Positions 12,146 through 24,904 are shown, numbered from the stretch's first letter. The stretch is DNA of 64,000 nucleotides from Octopus vulgaris (GCA_951406725.2 OX597823.1:16368001-16432000); one strand, 5' to 3'. The notes: generated by a model not told the origin, from the sequence alone. Program-made: numbers and translations.

Positions 12146-13738
12146 AAACTTAATAGGATTTTTTTTAACATGGAACGACTAGAGGGTACACCCAAGGAAA
12201 ATTGGTACACCCAAGGAAAATAAGAATCAAGAGGGTTCATAGATATAAAAAAAAAAAACTACACGAAAGAAAATACTGATCTAGACAGTGTCTTCAGTTC
12301 AAGAATAGCTTACTCCCTTCAGCCCACCAAATCTCCTAGACCCTGAAAAATTAAGGGGTCATGAGCACAGCCATTCCTTCCCTGGTAGCTAAAGAGTAAT
12401 AAAAAAAATACAGAGTCTCCCTAGATAACTCTGGTGGTGGTAATAGTGATGCTGGTGTTGAAGTAATTGTCTCTGGTTGTTGTTTAGTTGTAATCCCCTC
12501 TTTTCCTTTCCTTCAGCAGTGGTTGGAGAGAAGGAAACAAAAAAGGGCAAAAGAATGTAAAAGTGTATCTGGGGTAGTAAATAAATAAACCACAACAAAA
12601 AAACATGCTGTGAGTTGTTTGGGGTGGGAAAGAGTTAGTTTCAATCCATAGTAACCTTCAACATCTAAAACCCCACCAGACCTCACACTATGCACACAAC
12701 ACATGACCCCTACAACAACATCAAGATGATGGACAGGAATGTCAGTTATTGGATATGGAGGGAATATTTGGGGCTTTTAAAATAAATGTCCATGTCAGTC
12801 TTCATTGACCAAATAGGAGAAAATATCATTTGAGAGAGGTGATATGGTGAGGTGAAATATAGACAGATACAAGAGAGAGAGAGAGGGGGAGGAGAGAGAG
12901 ACAGACAGACAGCAGATAAAAACAGAGAGAGACAGAGAGGTGGGGGAGGGGCGAATAGCGGAGAAAGATAAAAGAGAAGAGAAAACAGAAAGAGGAGAGA
13001 TAAAGAGAAGACAGAACAGAAAGAAGAGAGATAGGAGATAAACAGGTAGAGAGAGAAAGATGAGAGTGAAAAAAGATAGGGGAAAAAATGAAGATTGATA
13101 GATAAAGATAAGGAGAGAAATAGATATAGATGGATAAATAAATAAAACAAAGTGGAAAAGGGTGAAAACAGATAGGGAGAAAGCTTCCAATGACATCCAG
13201 ATAGAAAGAGAAAGAGAGTGGAATAAAGGAGAAATAGATAGACAGAGATATAAGAGAGCAACAGGCAGAACAACATCAGCAGCAGCAGCAGTGTGATGAG
13301 GAGGGCACGGGTTCAAAAGAAGGGAGTGCTTTGTTTATAGGGAAGAAAATCAGTGTCAGCAAAGGGCCAGGATGGGTGTAAAGATGGAGGATAAGAGGTT
13401 GGGTGAGGTGAGAGAAATAAGGCGCTAAAGGAGAGTAAAGTTATGTGAGAAAACAGATACTTCAATATAGGGAACAGGATGGGTAAATACGGGAAGAAAA
13501 AGGGGTTAGGGAGGGAGTGGAGAAGAGGAAAGGGTGATGTGAAATTAACAAGGAAGTGAAAGCATTATAGCTAACATAAGGGGTGGTATAAAGTATATAT
13601 GTATATGTAACTATACATACGTCTGTGTGTGTGTGTACACAGGCGTGAGCATGAACACTCAATGTAACAAGTAGGGTGTTTTAGTCTATTTAGGCTGATC
13701 CAGTGGCCAGCCTGTTACCCATGAGTTTCCCTATAGAG

Positions 13739-14218
13739 CAGGGGTCACCAAACGTTTTTCACCGTGAGACAGATAACTGAGAAAATGACAAATAAAGACA
13801 ACCAACATATTTATTGACCAAAAATTAAATGACGGCAATGCTAGCAATAAGATAGTTATATCACACCCAGTGCACATATATCCAAATCTCACAAACTAAG
13901 CAACAAAAAAAAGTGAGATTTGTGCATCTGGTGTTTAGCTTTTCAGATTCATCAATTATTTGCTTTGAAATTGCTGCATTCAACCAAGAGAATTGCTTTC
14001 AAATGTTCATCAGTCAACTTCATTCGATGAGCTGACTTCACATGCTTCATTATTGAAAATGATTGTTTGTAAACATAAGTTGTTTCAAACACTGATGCCA
14101 TACCTGAGGCAAACTCTTATTGCAGGTACTTACACAAATGGTACAGTGCAGTAATGGGCCAGATGAACTGACCTCACAGGCCAGATCCAGCCCACAGGCC
14201 ATAGTTTGATGACCACTG
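13739..14218 (-). mobile_element. hAT (Charlie/Buster-like) deletion derivative with transposase C-terminal relic
   Basis: TIRs CAGGGGTCACCAAAC / GTTTGATGACCACTG, TSD CTATAGAG/CTCTAGAG. Minus strand about 14115-13960 reads FASGMASVFETTYVYKQSFSIMKHVKSAHRMKLTDEHLKAILL, matching the hAT dimerisation-domain pattern F.STY.CEQ.FS.MK..KS..R..LTDEHL. Confidence 0.85.
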
Positions 14219-14226
14219 CTCTAGAG

Positions 14227-14578
14227 CAGTGGTTCTCAACCCCGGTCCATACAGCCCCTGAGCATGCAAAAAAGATTTTGGTGGGGTATGCACTGCAAAA
14301 TAGTAAATCAGGAATCCACAATAGTATTTTAAGGGTCCCTGAGAAAAAATTTTGCTTTAGATGTATGTATTGGTATGTATTGCAAGAAACAGCTGTTTCT
14401 TTCTCTAGCATTTTACATAATTTAACCTACACAAGGGAATGTGTGAAAAACAAAACAGGAATTTTGAAAAAAGTTTCTATAAAACTAGTTTTTAAACATC
14501 AAATGGCTATGGGGGTCCACCAGAATACAATAGTAATCAAAGGAGTCCATAGATAAAAAAAATGGTTGAGAACTCCTA
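14227..14578. mobile_element. hAT (Charlie-type) MITE
   Basis: TIRs CAGTGGTTCTCAACC / GGTTGAGAACTCCTA, perfect TSD CTCTAGAG (14219-14226, 14579-14586). Confidence 0.85.
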
Positions 14579-15713
14579 CTCTAGAGTCACAGATTACCAG
14601 TTGATTGTCTATAGTACTGACAACACATCAGGGAAAAGTGGGGATCTCTCTTGATGAACAAAACCACTGGATCAGCCTACAACTAATCTGAAGAGTATAC
14701 AAATGAGCCTGCTAGAAATATTTGCCAAAACATCCCTATAAATTACACTAACTGTCTTAATAATGGAAGGACACAGTGGGAAATTTTATCCTAGATAGTG
14801 CAACACTTGCTGGTTCAGAGCTGATAATGAATGCACAACAACAACAGTAATTTCTAACAGACACAAGGCTAGAAATTTAGGGAGAAAAGGCCAGTTGATT
14901 ATGTCATTCCCAGTACATGATTATTATGCTTTATCGGTTGTGTCAGGTTGAAAGATAAAAGCTAACTTTAGTGAGATTTGAACTCAGAACAGAAAGTCAT
15001 AACCAAATACTGGATTGGATGGATACAAGACATTTTGTCTGTCTGGTACTCTAAAATGGTAAACTGACAGAATGGTTAAACAGCAAGATCAGTAATAAGA
15101 ATAATGATTTCTAAAAACAGTCAGTGACAGGGCCACAGGTTAGCTCAACAGTTGAAGAAATCAACTCCCAGATTTTACTGAAATTTATGTTACTGATACC
15201 TGAAGGCAGTACTGACATTGGTGACAAGGGAATTCAGGAGATAAAGGAATGTAACTAAGTACCTAAAAGCTGAACAGTGTTTCCTTCTCTCCCTACCTTT
15301 CTGCACTGTTTAATCGCTTCCACCACCCACTTACCTCCTTATAATAATCCTTTTTTTACTATAAGGCACAAGGCCTAAAATTTGGGGGAAAGGGCCTGTC
15401 AATTACATTAACCCCAGTGTTCAACTGTTACTTAATTTTATCAACCCTGAAAGGATGAAAGGCAAAGTCAACCTTGGTGGAGTTCAAACATAAAACCAGA
15501 AATGCTGCTAAGCATTTTTTTTTTTATCTGGTGGGCTAATGATCCTGCCAGTTCACCATTTTCCTAATAATAATCATAATACTAAGAGCACAATCAGAAA
15601 TTGAATGAAAGAGCTGAGAGAGGCTATAGTCAATTATATCCATCCCAGAATCTGAAGTATAAAAACAAACTGGAACTTAATGGATTTGAACTTTATATAT
15701 ATATATATATATG

Positions 15714-15851
15714 AAACCTTAGCGACTGAAGAAGGGGATTTTTCGTTGTGCTTATTGTCCTGTATCTCTTTTTTTGCTTGTCTTGTTCCTTGGTTTGTGT
15801 CTATGTTTTTCGTCTCTCTATGTGTTCGACGTCTTTTTGGTGTCCTGTACA
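15714..15851. repeat. Single arm related to the foldback element at 45160-45477
   Basis: CTGAAGAAGGGG...TGTCCTGT.T.TC.TTTTTT...GTCCTGTAC resembles the right arm of the foldback; flanked by TA-rich repeats. Confidence 0.45.
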
Positions 15852-16261
15852 CATATATGCGTGTATATGTACATGTAGAGGTAGGTACGTACATATATGT
15901 TTATATATATGCATATGTTCTATTTTATTAACATATATATATATATATATATATATTGCCCTATTCTGAAAGATACAATGCATAGTGAGTGGACTGAACT
16001 CAGATCATAAAAGAAGGGAGCTGAATATCACAAAGTGTCTGTTTTTACCATGATGTTAATGCTCATGGGGGTAACACCCTTCTCAATAATAGTGATAAAA
16101 GCAATAACAAGGGTAGCAAGAGATAAGCACTTCAACAATACAAGATGACCCAATTGTAAAGTATGTTAACAAGGTTAACAACTATGATAAGGAAACGGAA
16201 ACAATAAGGTTAAGAAAAGGGATTTTATACACACACACACAAACACACACACACACACACA

Positions 16262-16300
<39 letters not shown>

Positions 16301-16508
16301 TCTTTTACTTGTTTCAGTCATTTGACAGCAGCCATGCTGGAGCACCACCTTTGGTTGGACAAATCAATCCCAGGACTTATTCTTTGTAAGCTTAGTACTT
16401 ATTCCATCGGTCTCTTTTGCCGAACTTCTAAGTTACGGGGACATAAACACACCAGCATCGGTTGTCAAGCGATGTTGTGGGACAAACACAGACACACAAA
16501 CATATACC

Positions 16509-16546
<38 letters not shown>

Positions 16547-16586
16547 TACAACAGGCTTCTTTCAGTTGTCCAAGTATCTAAGTATA

Positions 16587-16802
16587 CGAAGCAGTGCTGA
16601 AACATTCCTGGCTTTAAGAGTATCATGAAAGGCCTGGTTGGAGGCCCAAACCTCGAGTTCATTTACAGGGCTCAGAAGAACTGAAGGACCACTGCAATAA
16701 GTGTATGAACCTGAGAGAGGAATATGTTGTATAAAATCATAATTAACTGATCCTCCTGTATTTTCTTTTACCCAAAGCCAGGAACTTTTCAGCACCCCCT
16801 CA
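16587..16802. mobile_element. Tc1/mariner-type MITE
   Basis: TA|CGAAGCAGTGCTGAAACATTCCTGGCTTT versus AAAGCCAGGAACTTTTCAGCACCCCCTCA, an imperfect ~29-bp TIR following TA. Confidence 0.65.
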
Positions 16803-16902
16803 AGGATGTGTGTGTGTATGCGTGCATGTGTATACACACTCACACACATATGTATGTATGCAAGCATATACATATTTGTGTATGTTCGTGTGTGTATAAA
16901 TA

Positions 16903-16934
<32 letters not shown>

Positions 16935-17648
16935 TGTACATCTCTGTCTTGTTTATTTGATTACTCTTTCAGAGATTAGTCAGTGTTTTTTCCTATCTCT
17001 TACTGTTTGCTATCCACCCTTAATAGCTAAGTTAAGAAGGATGTGGTTTAAGTTGGGGTGGGTGCGTTTGTGAAAAAACAAAAATAACAAGAAAATGGTG
17101 GAAGAATAAATGAAATTGGGCAAAGGACAGTGGTGACACTGATCCTTTTCCATTAACTACCAGTCAGTGAGCCAACCCAATCAATTGACTTCACTTCCAG
17201 CACCCTTCACCACCAAGGCTGTCTGTCCTTCCTTATCTCTTATCTAAACATACAGTGTGTGTGTGTGTGTGAGTGTGTGAGAGAGAGAAAGAGAGACAGA
17301 CAGACAGTGTGTGTGTGTGTGTGTGTCTCATCCTGTTTACCAGGAACAAAGAGAGGAATCAACAAGGACACCAGAAATAATCCATTTCTAGGAACTATTT
17401 TCATAGATTTTCTTGAATCTTTAAAGCTCAAAACAGGAAGCTTTGAAGAAGCAAAATAAGATTACTCCAAATAGTTTATTTAAGTATAAATAAAACAAAA
17501 CAATTAATTCTACTGATCAATGAAAGACTTACTAACAAGCTACGACCGGACCGACCGGAAGGATACCTCTACACAGCAGTTGTTCAACCTCTACACAGCA
17601 AATTTTCCTCAAATCACACCTTACCACCTTAAAAAAGTAAAGATTAGG

Positions 17649-17815
17649 CACAGGCGTGGCTGTGTGGTAAGAAACTTGCTTCCCGACCACATGGTTCCAG
17701 GTTCAGTCCCACTGTGTGGTACCTTGGACAAGTGTCTTCTTCTATAGCTTTGGGCCAACCAAGACTTTGTGAGTAAATTAGGTAGATGGAAACCGAAAGA
17801 AGCCCATTGAAGAAG

Positions 17816-17861
<46 letters not shown>

Positions 17862-18080
17862 TTTGTATCTGTGTTTGTCCCACCCAACATAACTTGACAA
17901 CCAGTGTTAGTGTGTTTATGTACCTGTAACTTAGCAGTTCAGTAAAACATACTGATAGAATAAGTACTAGGCTTACAAAGAATAAGTCCTGGGGTCAATT
18001 TCTTTGACTAAAACACTTTAATGTGGTGCTCTAGCATGGCCACAATCAAATGACTGAAATGTGTAAAAGAATAAAAGAAT
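17649..18080 (+). mobile_element. Full-length SINE family A nested in a family D element
   Basis: Head GGCGTGGCTGTGTGGTAAG (A box), GGTTCAGTCCC (B box), CORE-like CCTTGGACAAGTG, internal (TA)n, AAAAGAAT-repeat tail. Confidence 0.87.
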
Positions 18081-18616
18081 AATAGATTGGAGAATGCAGT
18101 CCTACTGCAGGATTGTCATGGCTGGAATGCCCTTGATCAAAAGTTTACTAGATTGTAGCTGACTGGATGCTCTCTGCATATCTCTTCTTTCTTTATTAAA
18201 AGTGCACTTGCTCCAATGAACAAACTAGTTGCATACCATACCCACCTAATCACCTCTCCTTTTATACACACTCCAGATACTTGCCATGTCTTATCTCTCG
18301 GTTCCCACATCAAACACCTCTTCCCAATTCAAGTTAATGTTAGCATATTCAAGAAATTTAGAAAGCATTAAAAATTCATGACGCAAACAAACAAAAAAAT
18401 ATTTTAGCAAGTAGACCTCATCAGCTAAATAATACATAAATTTCACAGTACTAATTGATGAAGTAATGAGAGAATCATAATGCAGATAAACTGTAGAGAT
18501 AGGCATGGCTGGCTAGTCAAGTAACTTCTACTATAGCCCCAAGTCAACCAATGCCTTGTGAGTGAATTTTGTAAATGGAAAGCGTGAGAAAGCCTATCAT
18601 ATGCATGTTGTGTGTA

Positions 18617-18652
<36 letters not shown>

Positions 18653-18673
18653 TGATGTATGTATGTATGTATG

Positions 18674-18722
<49 letters not shown>

Positions 18723-18756
18723 GTATGTATGTATATATATATATATATATATGTGT

Positions 18757-19110
18757 TACCAGTGCCGGTGGCATGTAAGAGAACTTTCCGTTTCGCGACC
18801 GTTGCCAGCACCGCCCCGTTTCGTGTCCGTTGCCAGCCTCGCCTGGCCCTCGTGCCGGTGGCACATAAAAAGCACCATCCGTTCGTGGCCGTTTGCCAGC
18901 TCTGTCTGGCACCAGTGCGGGTGGCACGTAAAAAGCACCCACTACACTCACGGAGTGGTTGGCGTTAGGAAGGGCATCCAGCCGTAGAAACACTGCCAGA
19001 TTTGACTGGGCCTGATGAAGCCTTCTGGCTTCACAGACCCCAGTAGAACCGTCCAACCCATGCTAGCATGGAAAACGGACGCTAAACGATGATGATGATG
19101 ATGATGATGA
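18757..19110 (+). mobile_element. RTE 3' UTR-derived short copy
   Basis: Same GTGGCACGTAAAAAGCACCCACTACAC...AGGAAGGGCATCCAGC...(GAT)n end as 5860-6368. Confidence 0.85.
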
Positions 19111-19126
19111 TATATATATCTGTATG

Positions 19127-19160
<34 letters not shown>

Positions 19161-19207
19161 TAGAGAGAGAGAGAGAGGAGATGCATATATATATATATAT
19201 ATATATA

Positions 19208-19355
19208 CTGGAGTAAACACGTAAATGTGAAACAAGGTGGAAAAAAGAGTACTCAAATACCAGTGGTAGAGTAATATGTTTTATTTAAAGCAGCAGAAAA
19301 TTCAACAAAACCTGTTACTCTGAGTTTCACGTTCCCGTTCGTCGGACAGTTTTTG

Positions 19356-19356
<1 letters not shown>
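19208..19356 (-). mobile_element. Penelope-like pseudo-LTR fragment embedded in (TA)n
   Basis: About 150 nt of non-simple sequence flanked by (TA)n on both sides, with a minimal hammerhead followed by AATAAA, the layout known for Penelope-like element pLTRs. Confidence 0.55.
19305..19356 (-). ncRNA. Minimal type I hammerhead ribozyme-like motif (U4C core variant)
   Basis: Minus strand GCAAAAACUGU-CCGACGA-ACG(GGAA)CGU-GAAA-CUCAGAG-UA-ACAGGUUUUGU. Stem I has 10 of 11 pairs (one G-U), stem II has 3 bp with a GNRA loop, stem III is palindromic (ACUC-A-GAGU), and the cleavage triplet is GUA. Confidence 0.7.
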
Positions 19357-19405
<49 letters not shown>

Positions 19406-19692
19406 GTAGATGTATGTTCTACCCAACCACTTAACAACCTGTGTTAGTTTGTTTACATCCCTGTAACTTAGCACTTTGGTGTAAGAGATCAATAAAATAA
19501 ATATTGGGATTAATATGTTTGACTAAAACCTTTCACGGTTGTATCCCCAGCATGGCTGCAGCCCAATGATTGAAACAAGTAAAAGCCAAAATTGAGTAGG
19601 CATTAAAATATAGCCTATTTTGGCCCCAATCTGTCTCCCTAAAACTGTTACATCCCCTCATGACATACAAATTGATTTTATTTGCTGTATTT

Positions 19693-20116
19693 GGCTGTTT
19701 GCGGTTTGAACGGCAGTTTTTAACATAATTTCTAGGTAACTAAAAAATTTTAAACTTCGTATACTGGTAGAATGTGTTTATAAAAGCATCTTTTTCTCTT
19801 GGCTTTATTGAGAAAATTCTATGGTTTGTAAGATATTTGTTGTTTTTTCTTCAATTTCTGCAATTTCAACCAATCAATGACATCCATTGAGGTAAAAAAA
19901 ACATTCTGTGCCGTATGACTATGTCCCTCGTTTAAGAAACAGATTGGGTTTATTTACATTTATGAAGAAAATAAGATACCCTTCCCCCTACCTCTAACCC
20001 TAACCCTAACCCTAAAACAGATTGAAATGCAATAGATCGATACTAGGGTCATAATTATGGGTGACAATTTCATATGACACCGCTAGAAAAAACTGCCGTT
20101 CAAACCGAAAAGATCC
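19693..20116. mobile_element. MITE with ~28-bp TIRs and internal (CCCTAA)3
   Basis: CGGTTTGAACGGCAGTTTTT at left, AAAAACTGCCGTTCAAACCG at right; CCCTAA x3 at 19998-20015. Confidence 0.8.
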
Positions 20117-21479
20117 CATCACTAGTTTCTTCATTTTCTTTTGCCTTTTTTTTTTTTACTTTTTAACCTACTCTTTGAATGAACTTTAACTCTGAGTGGT
20201 AGCCCTAACCCAATGACTAGTTTAACACCACCTATCATTTGGCCCCTAATGTGTACCTTTAGCAAACTACTTCCTGCTGCAGGCATTTAGGCCAGGTTCC
20301 CTCATCTGAAGCTAACTTCCTCTTTTCCTCCTACCAGTTTCAAAGTACTAGAGAGGGGTCATAGGTACAGCCTTTCCCTCTTCTAAGCTATTAGTAACAA
20401 TACAAAAACAAAATAATCTATAATAAATATATCATTTTCTTCAAACCAGAGTCCTGCCCATATCAGAATTCTGCTCTCCTCACTGAACACACATACTTAC
20501 TGAATTTAATAAATACACATTCAGTTATATAGAGTAAGCTAAAAAGTATATGAAATTAGGGCAATGGGCAGGTAGTTCTCATCATCTCAGCTTAGCTTAA
20601 ATAACACACACCTTTACACCTGGAAACTAAGTAAACCTGAAGTGAAAGAAAAAGAAGGAGAAAGAGAAAGCAGGAGATATGCTTGACTGACCAGGAATGT
20701 ATATGTGTATTCAAACAAATACATTAACTAGTCTCACACATGTAATATAGCAAGTTGAAAAACTTTTGACTGACTAAGGTTTATCTATGCAATTAGAAAA
20801 CAAAATCTCTCCAAAGATGTGTTTAGAATATAAAAAAAATCAACAAAGAAGGGAGATAGTTTTAATAAAATCCCTTCATTGAAACTTTTGGAAAGTATCA
20901 AAAGTGCAAGAAGCTTCCTAGTGAATGAGAAGAGGCACAACCAACCAGCCAACAGACTAGGGTGGGGTATAGCCGACCAACTGACCAGGAGTTAAGTCAA
21001 CAAAGGAGACCCTACACGGTTGCTGTATTTCCAAATATTGCCAGTTAAATCTGCCTCAAATTATAGCCTGCATACAATGGACAATATAGTACCAGATATG
21101 TGATCCTTAATGTTACATATGTCTGAATAAATGATAGGATGGTCACATCTGAAACATCTTTGATCATAAGTCACCTACTCAGAGTTAAGATGGGGTTAAA
21201 CAACAACCAAACCAACCAACAAACTAGTTTGGCAAAGAATGGTGGGGAAAGGAATGTAAAGAAAGGAAGGAAAAAGGAAATGCAGAAAAGAGAAGAAAAA
21301 AGTAAGTTATCTTCTGAAAAGATGACTCTGGTGACGTAAAACTAAAAGCTACCTGAATTAATGACGTATGCAAAGGTGAGAGGGTGACATTTAGAGAGTT
21401 ATTTGGTATATAAAAGGAAAAAACAAAGTAGACATGAAAATGTGCCCCTATACAACCAATTTGAAAGAGGACTAGAAAA

Positions 21480-22510
21480 ATCTGAACAGTAATGGGATTG
21501 GTTGAGGAGGAGACCTGAAGCCTAAGACCAAAAATTTGCAGCTCTGAACTAAACCCTCAAAACAAAACTCCAGGAAAATGAATACATATTTACGAGGCAG
21601 AAAACAGAAAATGTAGGTTATGTAGTGAGAAAGTGGAGACTATGACCCATATTGTAACTACTTGTAAAATTCTTACATGGAAAGAGTACAAAAGGTGTTG
21701 TGATAAAGTATGTTTAAGTCTGCACTGGTGCTTGGCAAAAAAGTAAACCTGAACGGTTTGAGGTAAACTAGAAAGGGTACTGATATATCTGACAGCATAA
21801 AACTGCCAAAAAAAATCTTGTGAGATTTTAACAGCCAAACAGACAAAGTGACTGAACACTATCAAACAGGTATTCTTTTCTACTCTTGGTACCAGGCCCG
21901 AAATTTTGGGGGAGGGGGCCTAGTCAATTAGATCGACCCAGTATGCAACTGGTACTTAATTTATCGAATCCAAAAGGATGAAAGGCAAAGTTGACTTCGG
22001 CAGAATTTGAACTCAGAACGTAAAGACAGCCAAAATACTGCTAAGCATTTTGCCCGGCATGCTAACGTTTCTTATTTCTTTATTGTCCACAAGGGGCTAA
22101 ACATAGAGGGTGACAAACAAGGACAGACAAAGGGATTGAGTTGATTACATCGAGCCCAGTGTGTAACTGGTACTTAATTTATCGACCCCGAAAGGATGAA
22201 AGGCAAAGTCGACCTCGGTGTAATTTGAACTCAGAACGTAACGGCAGACAAAATGCCGCTAAGCATATCACCCGGCGTACTAACGTTTCTGCCAGCTCAC
22301 TGCCTTACTATCAAAAATATAAATATTGCAGTTGAGAAAGTGGACTAGAAATGTTACTTTATAGATATAACCATCCCAGGTAATCAAGATTTAGCTAGTA
22401 AGAACCAGGAGAAAATTGATGATTATTTGAAGATCTGGCAGGAAACTTTTAAGAATATGAAACACACAAACTAAAGACATGCAAATAGCAATTAGTGCCC
22501 TTGCCTCCAT
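21480..22510 (+). mobile_element. Decayed R4/Dong-like non-LTR retrotransposon (CCHC and restriction-like endonuclease relic) interrupted by a SINE dimer
   Basis: RKCRLCSEKVETMTHIVTTCKILTWKEYKRCCDKVCLSLHWCLAKK (CCHC, RHD-like, HW motifs) near 21606-21745. After the SINE the sequence reads KCYFIDITIPGNQDLASKNQEKIDDY and IAISALASI. Stops and frameshifts present. Confidence 0.75.
21868..22306 (-). mobile_element. SINE family B (MetaSINE-like) dimer
   Basis: Two tandem units with the reverse complement of GACTTTGCCTTTCATCCTTTCGGGGTCGATAAATTAAGTACCAG; flanking duplication ACTATCAAA. Confidence 0.85.
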
Positions 22511-24714
22511 TTAGTTATGTCAATGATAATTAGCATCCTTAGCTACATTTTTAACATATTAACAACATACAAACCAAAAGGAACACACAACATTGTATTT
22601 TTACAGAAATCAACACTTCTTAGAAGTGCCAAAACCTGCAGAAGGTCCTCCCTATCTGAGGTCACATGACTTAACATTGAGCACTTAGTATATACCTGGT
22701 TAAGATCTTAAGATAAAAGAGATAATGACAATTATTTCTAACAGTGGCACAAAGATAAAATAATTTAGGGAGAGGGGCAGGGGTAGCCAAATAAATCAAT
22801 TTCAGTATTTGACAAGCCCTTTATTTTATTGAACCCAGAGGAATGAAAGCAAAGTTAACCTTGGTGAGATTTGGACTTAGATTGCTAAGTTCCAGAACAA
22901 ATACTGTCTAACAAGACGATTTTTTGTTAGACAGTATTTGTTCAGGTTCTTTAAAGTCGAAATTCTGGCGACATTAACAACAACAATATAAATTCCTTTA
23001 TTTATCAAATAACCACAAATTTGGGGCAAGGAGAAACAGTCAATTATACTGACCCCAATACTTGACAGGTATATTTCAACTGTCAAAAAGTTAAAAAAAG
23101 AAAATCAACCATAGGGGGATTCTTAGTAATAATAATGATTTTGAGTTTAGGCACACAGCCACACATTTTGGAGCCAAGAGCCATCACTCAAATCAAACTC
23201 AGTACTTAACTGGTGCTTTGTCAGCCTCAGAAAGGAGTTTTGAAATTAAACATAAAGGTACAAAAAGAAACATCAAAAGACATTTAATTTATTGTACTAC
23301 TAATTCTGCCAAGTGCCACTAGTTTTAATTAAACTAGAACTGTTGCTGTTCTTAAATGTTATTTCACAAGCAGTAAACATCAAAAGTGAAATAGATTAAT
23401 GTGTTATGAGGAAAAGAAGCAGTCATCCATGAGTTTGGTCACATCAAAAAAATATGTCTGTGCTCAACAGCCAATAGCATTTAGTTGAGAGCTATCATAC
23501 TCCATGTGGTGAGCCAAAATAAAAATAATTAATCACTCAGAATTATATTCTTAATGAAAAGAAAAATCAATAGTGTTAATGAAAATTTCTCTCTACAAAA
23601 GCAAGGGACATAACTTCAAAATTAGTTAGGGGCATGCAGTAGTTAGAGTTTGATCTTTGGTAAATAGAACAACTGCAGACACAATTCAGTCTTATTAGAT
23701 TTCCTTAGCAAAATATTGTCTCTTACTTGTACAAACCAGATCTTAGGATGACTTGGAGAATTGTATAGATTTTGAATGAAAAACCATTCACTCATTATGT
23801 AATTTAAATGATATATATTTTATTTTATGTCCATTTTTCATTTTATGTCTCTATTTTCCTATGCTGGCAAGGATTATGTGAATATATTACTGCAACGCTG
23901 TTTTACAGTCAGATGCCCCTAACTGTTTTTCAGATAAAAGAAGGATTTTTCATTCCACATGTTTTCAAGATGATTAGTTGGAGTGGGGGTACTAGGAATG
24001 TGGCCCAAGTGTCAAGGGGGCAGCAGCTCGAAAAAGTTTGGAAACCACTGATCTAACCCATGCCAGCATAGAACATGGACATTAAATGATAATGACCACT
24101 TATACACGCATATATATATATAGACACCCACAAAGTTTAAAACTAACGTAACAAAATAAAAATAAAAATTTTAATTCCAGTTTTTCAACATTTTATCTTT
24201 TTCCTTCTCCTTTTGTTAAGGAGAAGCAAGTGCATGATATTAATCTTATTTAACATTGGACTATGTTTATACTTCAATTTACATATAATTTTATTTTGTA
24301 TTTCTTTATTTCATTATATTGGTCGATTGTATAGCTTTGTTATTATGATTAAGCTGCATTAGGCAGTATTAAAAACATGTGTGTTACAAAATCATTGTAT
24401 TGAAAGACAAAACTAAATAGCTAAATGACTAACAAACTAAATAAATATATGTAAAAGAATAAATATAACAGAAAAAAACAAAACAAAACAAAACAACAGT
24501 GGTGAGTAGAATGTTGAAATCAAATTACAAAAATAAGATGGAAAAATATATACACCCATCTGGTAACAAGTGTTATATATGAAATGTTTATATTTAATTA
24601 TAAACTGTAATACAGTATTCAGCTTTCAAAAATAATACCAAAATTTCTGTGTCAATGAACACAATGGCTAAGATCTCAAATTCTACACACACACACACAT
24701 GTATATTTATGATT

Positions 24715-24755
<41 letters not shown>

Positions 24756-24904
24756 GCGTGCATATATACATGCAATACAATATACATATTTTTCTTTCTT
24801 TTTCCTAATTTCAGGCATTAGACAGTGGACCCAGTGGACATACTATACAACCACTCTATTAATACTGCAGTATTGAAAGAGTGGTGGTATAGGGTCAGTA
24901 GTAT

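Noticed and set aside
12746-13316. Hydrophobic Leu/Ser/Phe ORFs that look like membrane proteins
   Set aside because: Translation of a degenerate purine/pyrimidine-skewed low-complexity tract.
13995-14015. CUGAUGA-ACAUUU-GAAA on the minus strand
   Set aside because: No real stem II; it is the codon string for TDEHLK in the hAT transposase relic.
17649-17720. tRNA-like A/B boxes here and at other SINE heads (60127, 60716, 61260)
   Set aside because: No complete cloverleaf; each continues into a SINE body, so they are not tRNA genes.
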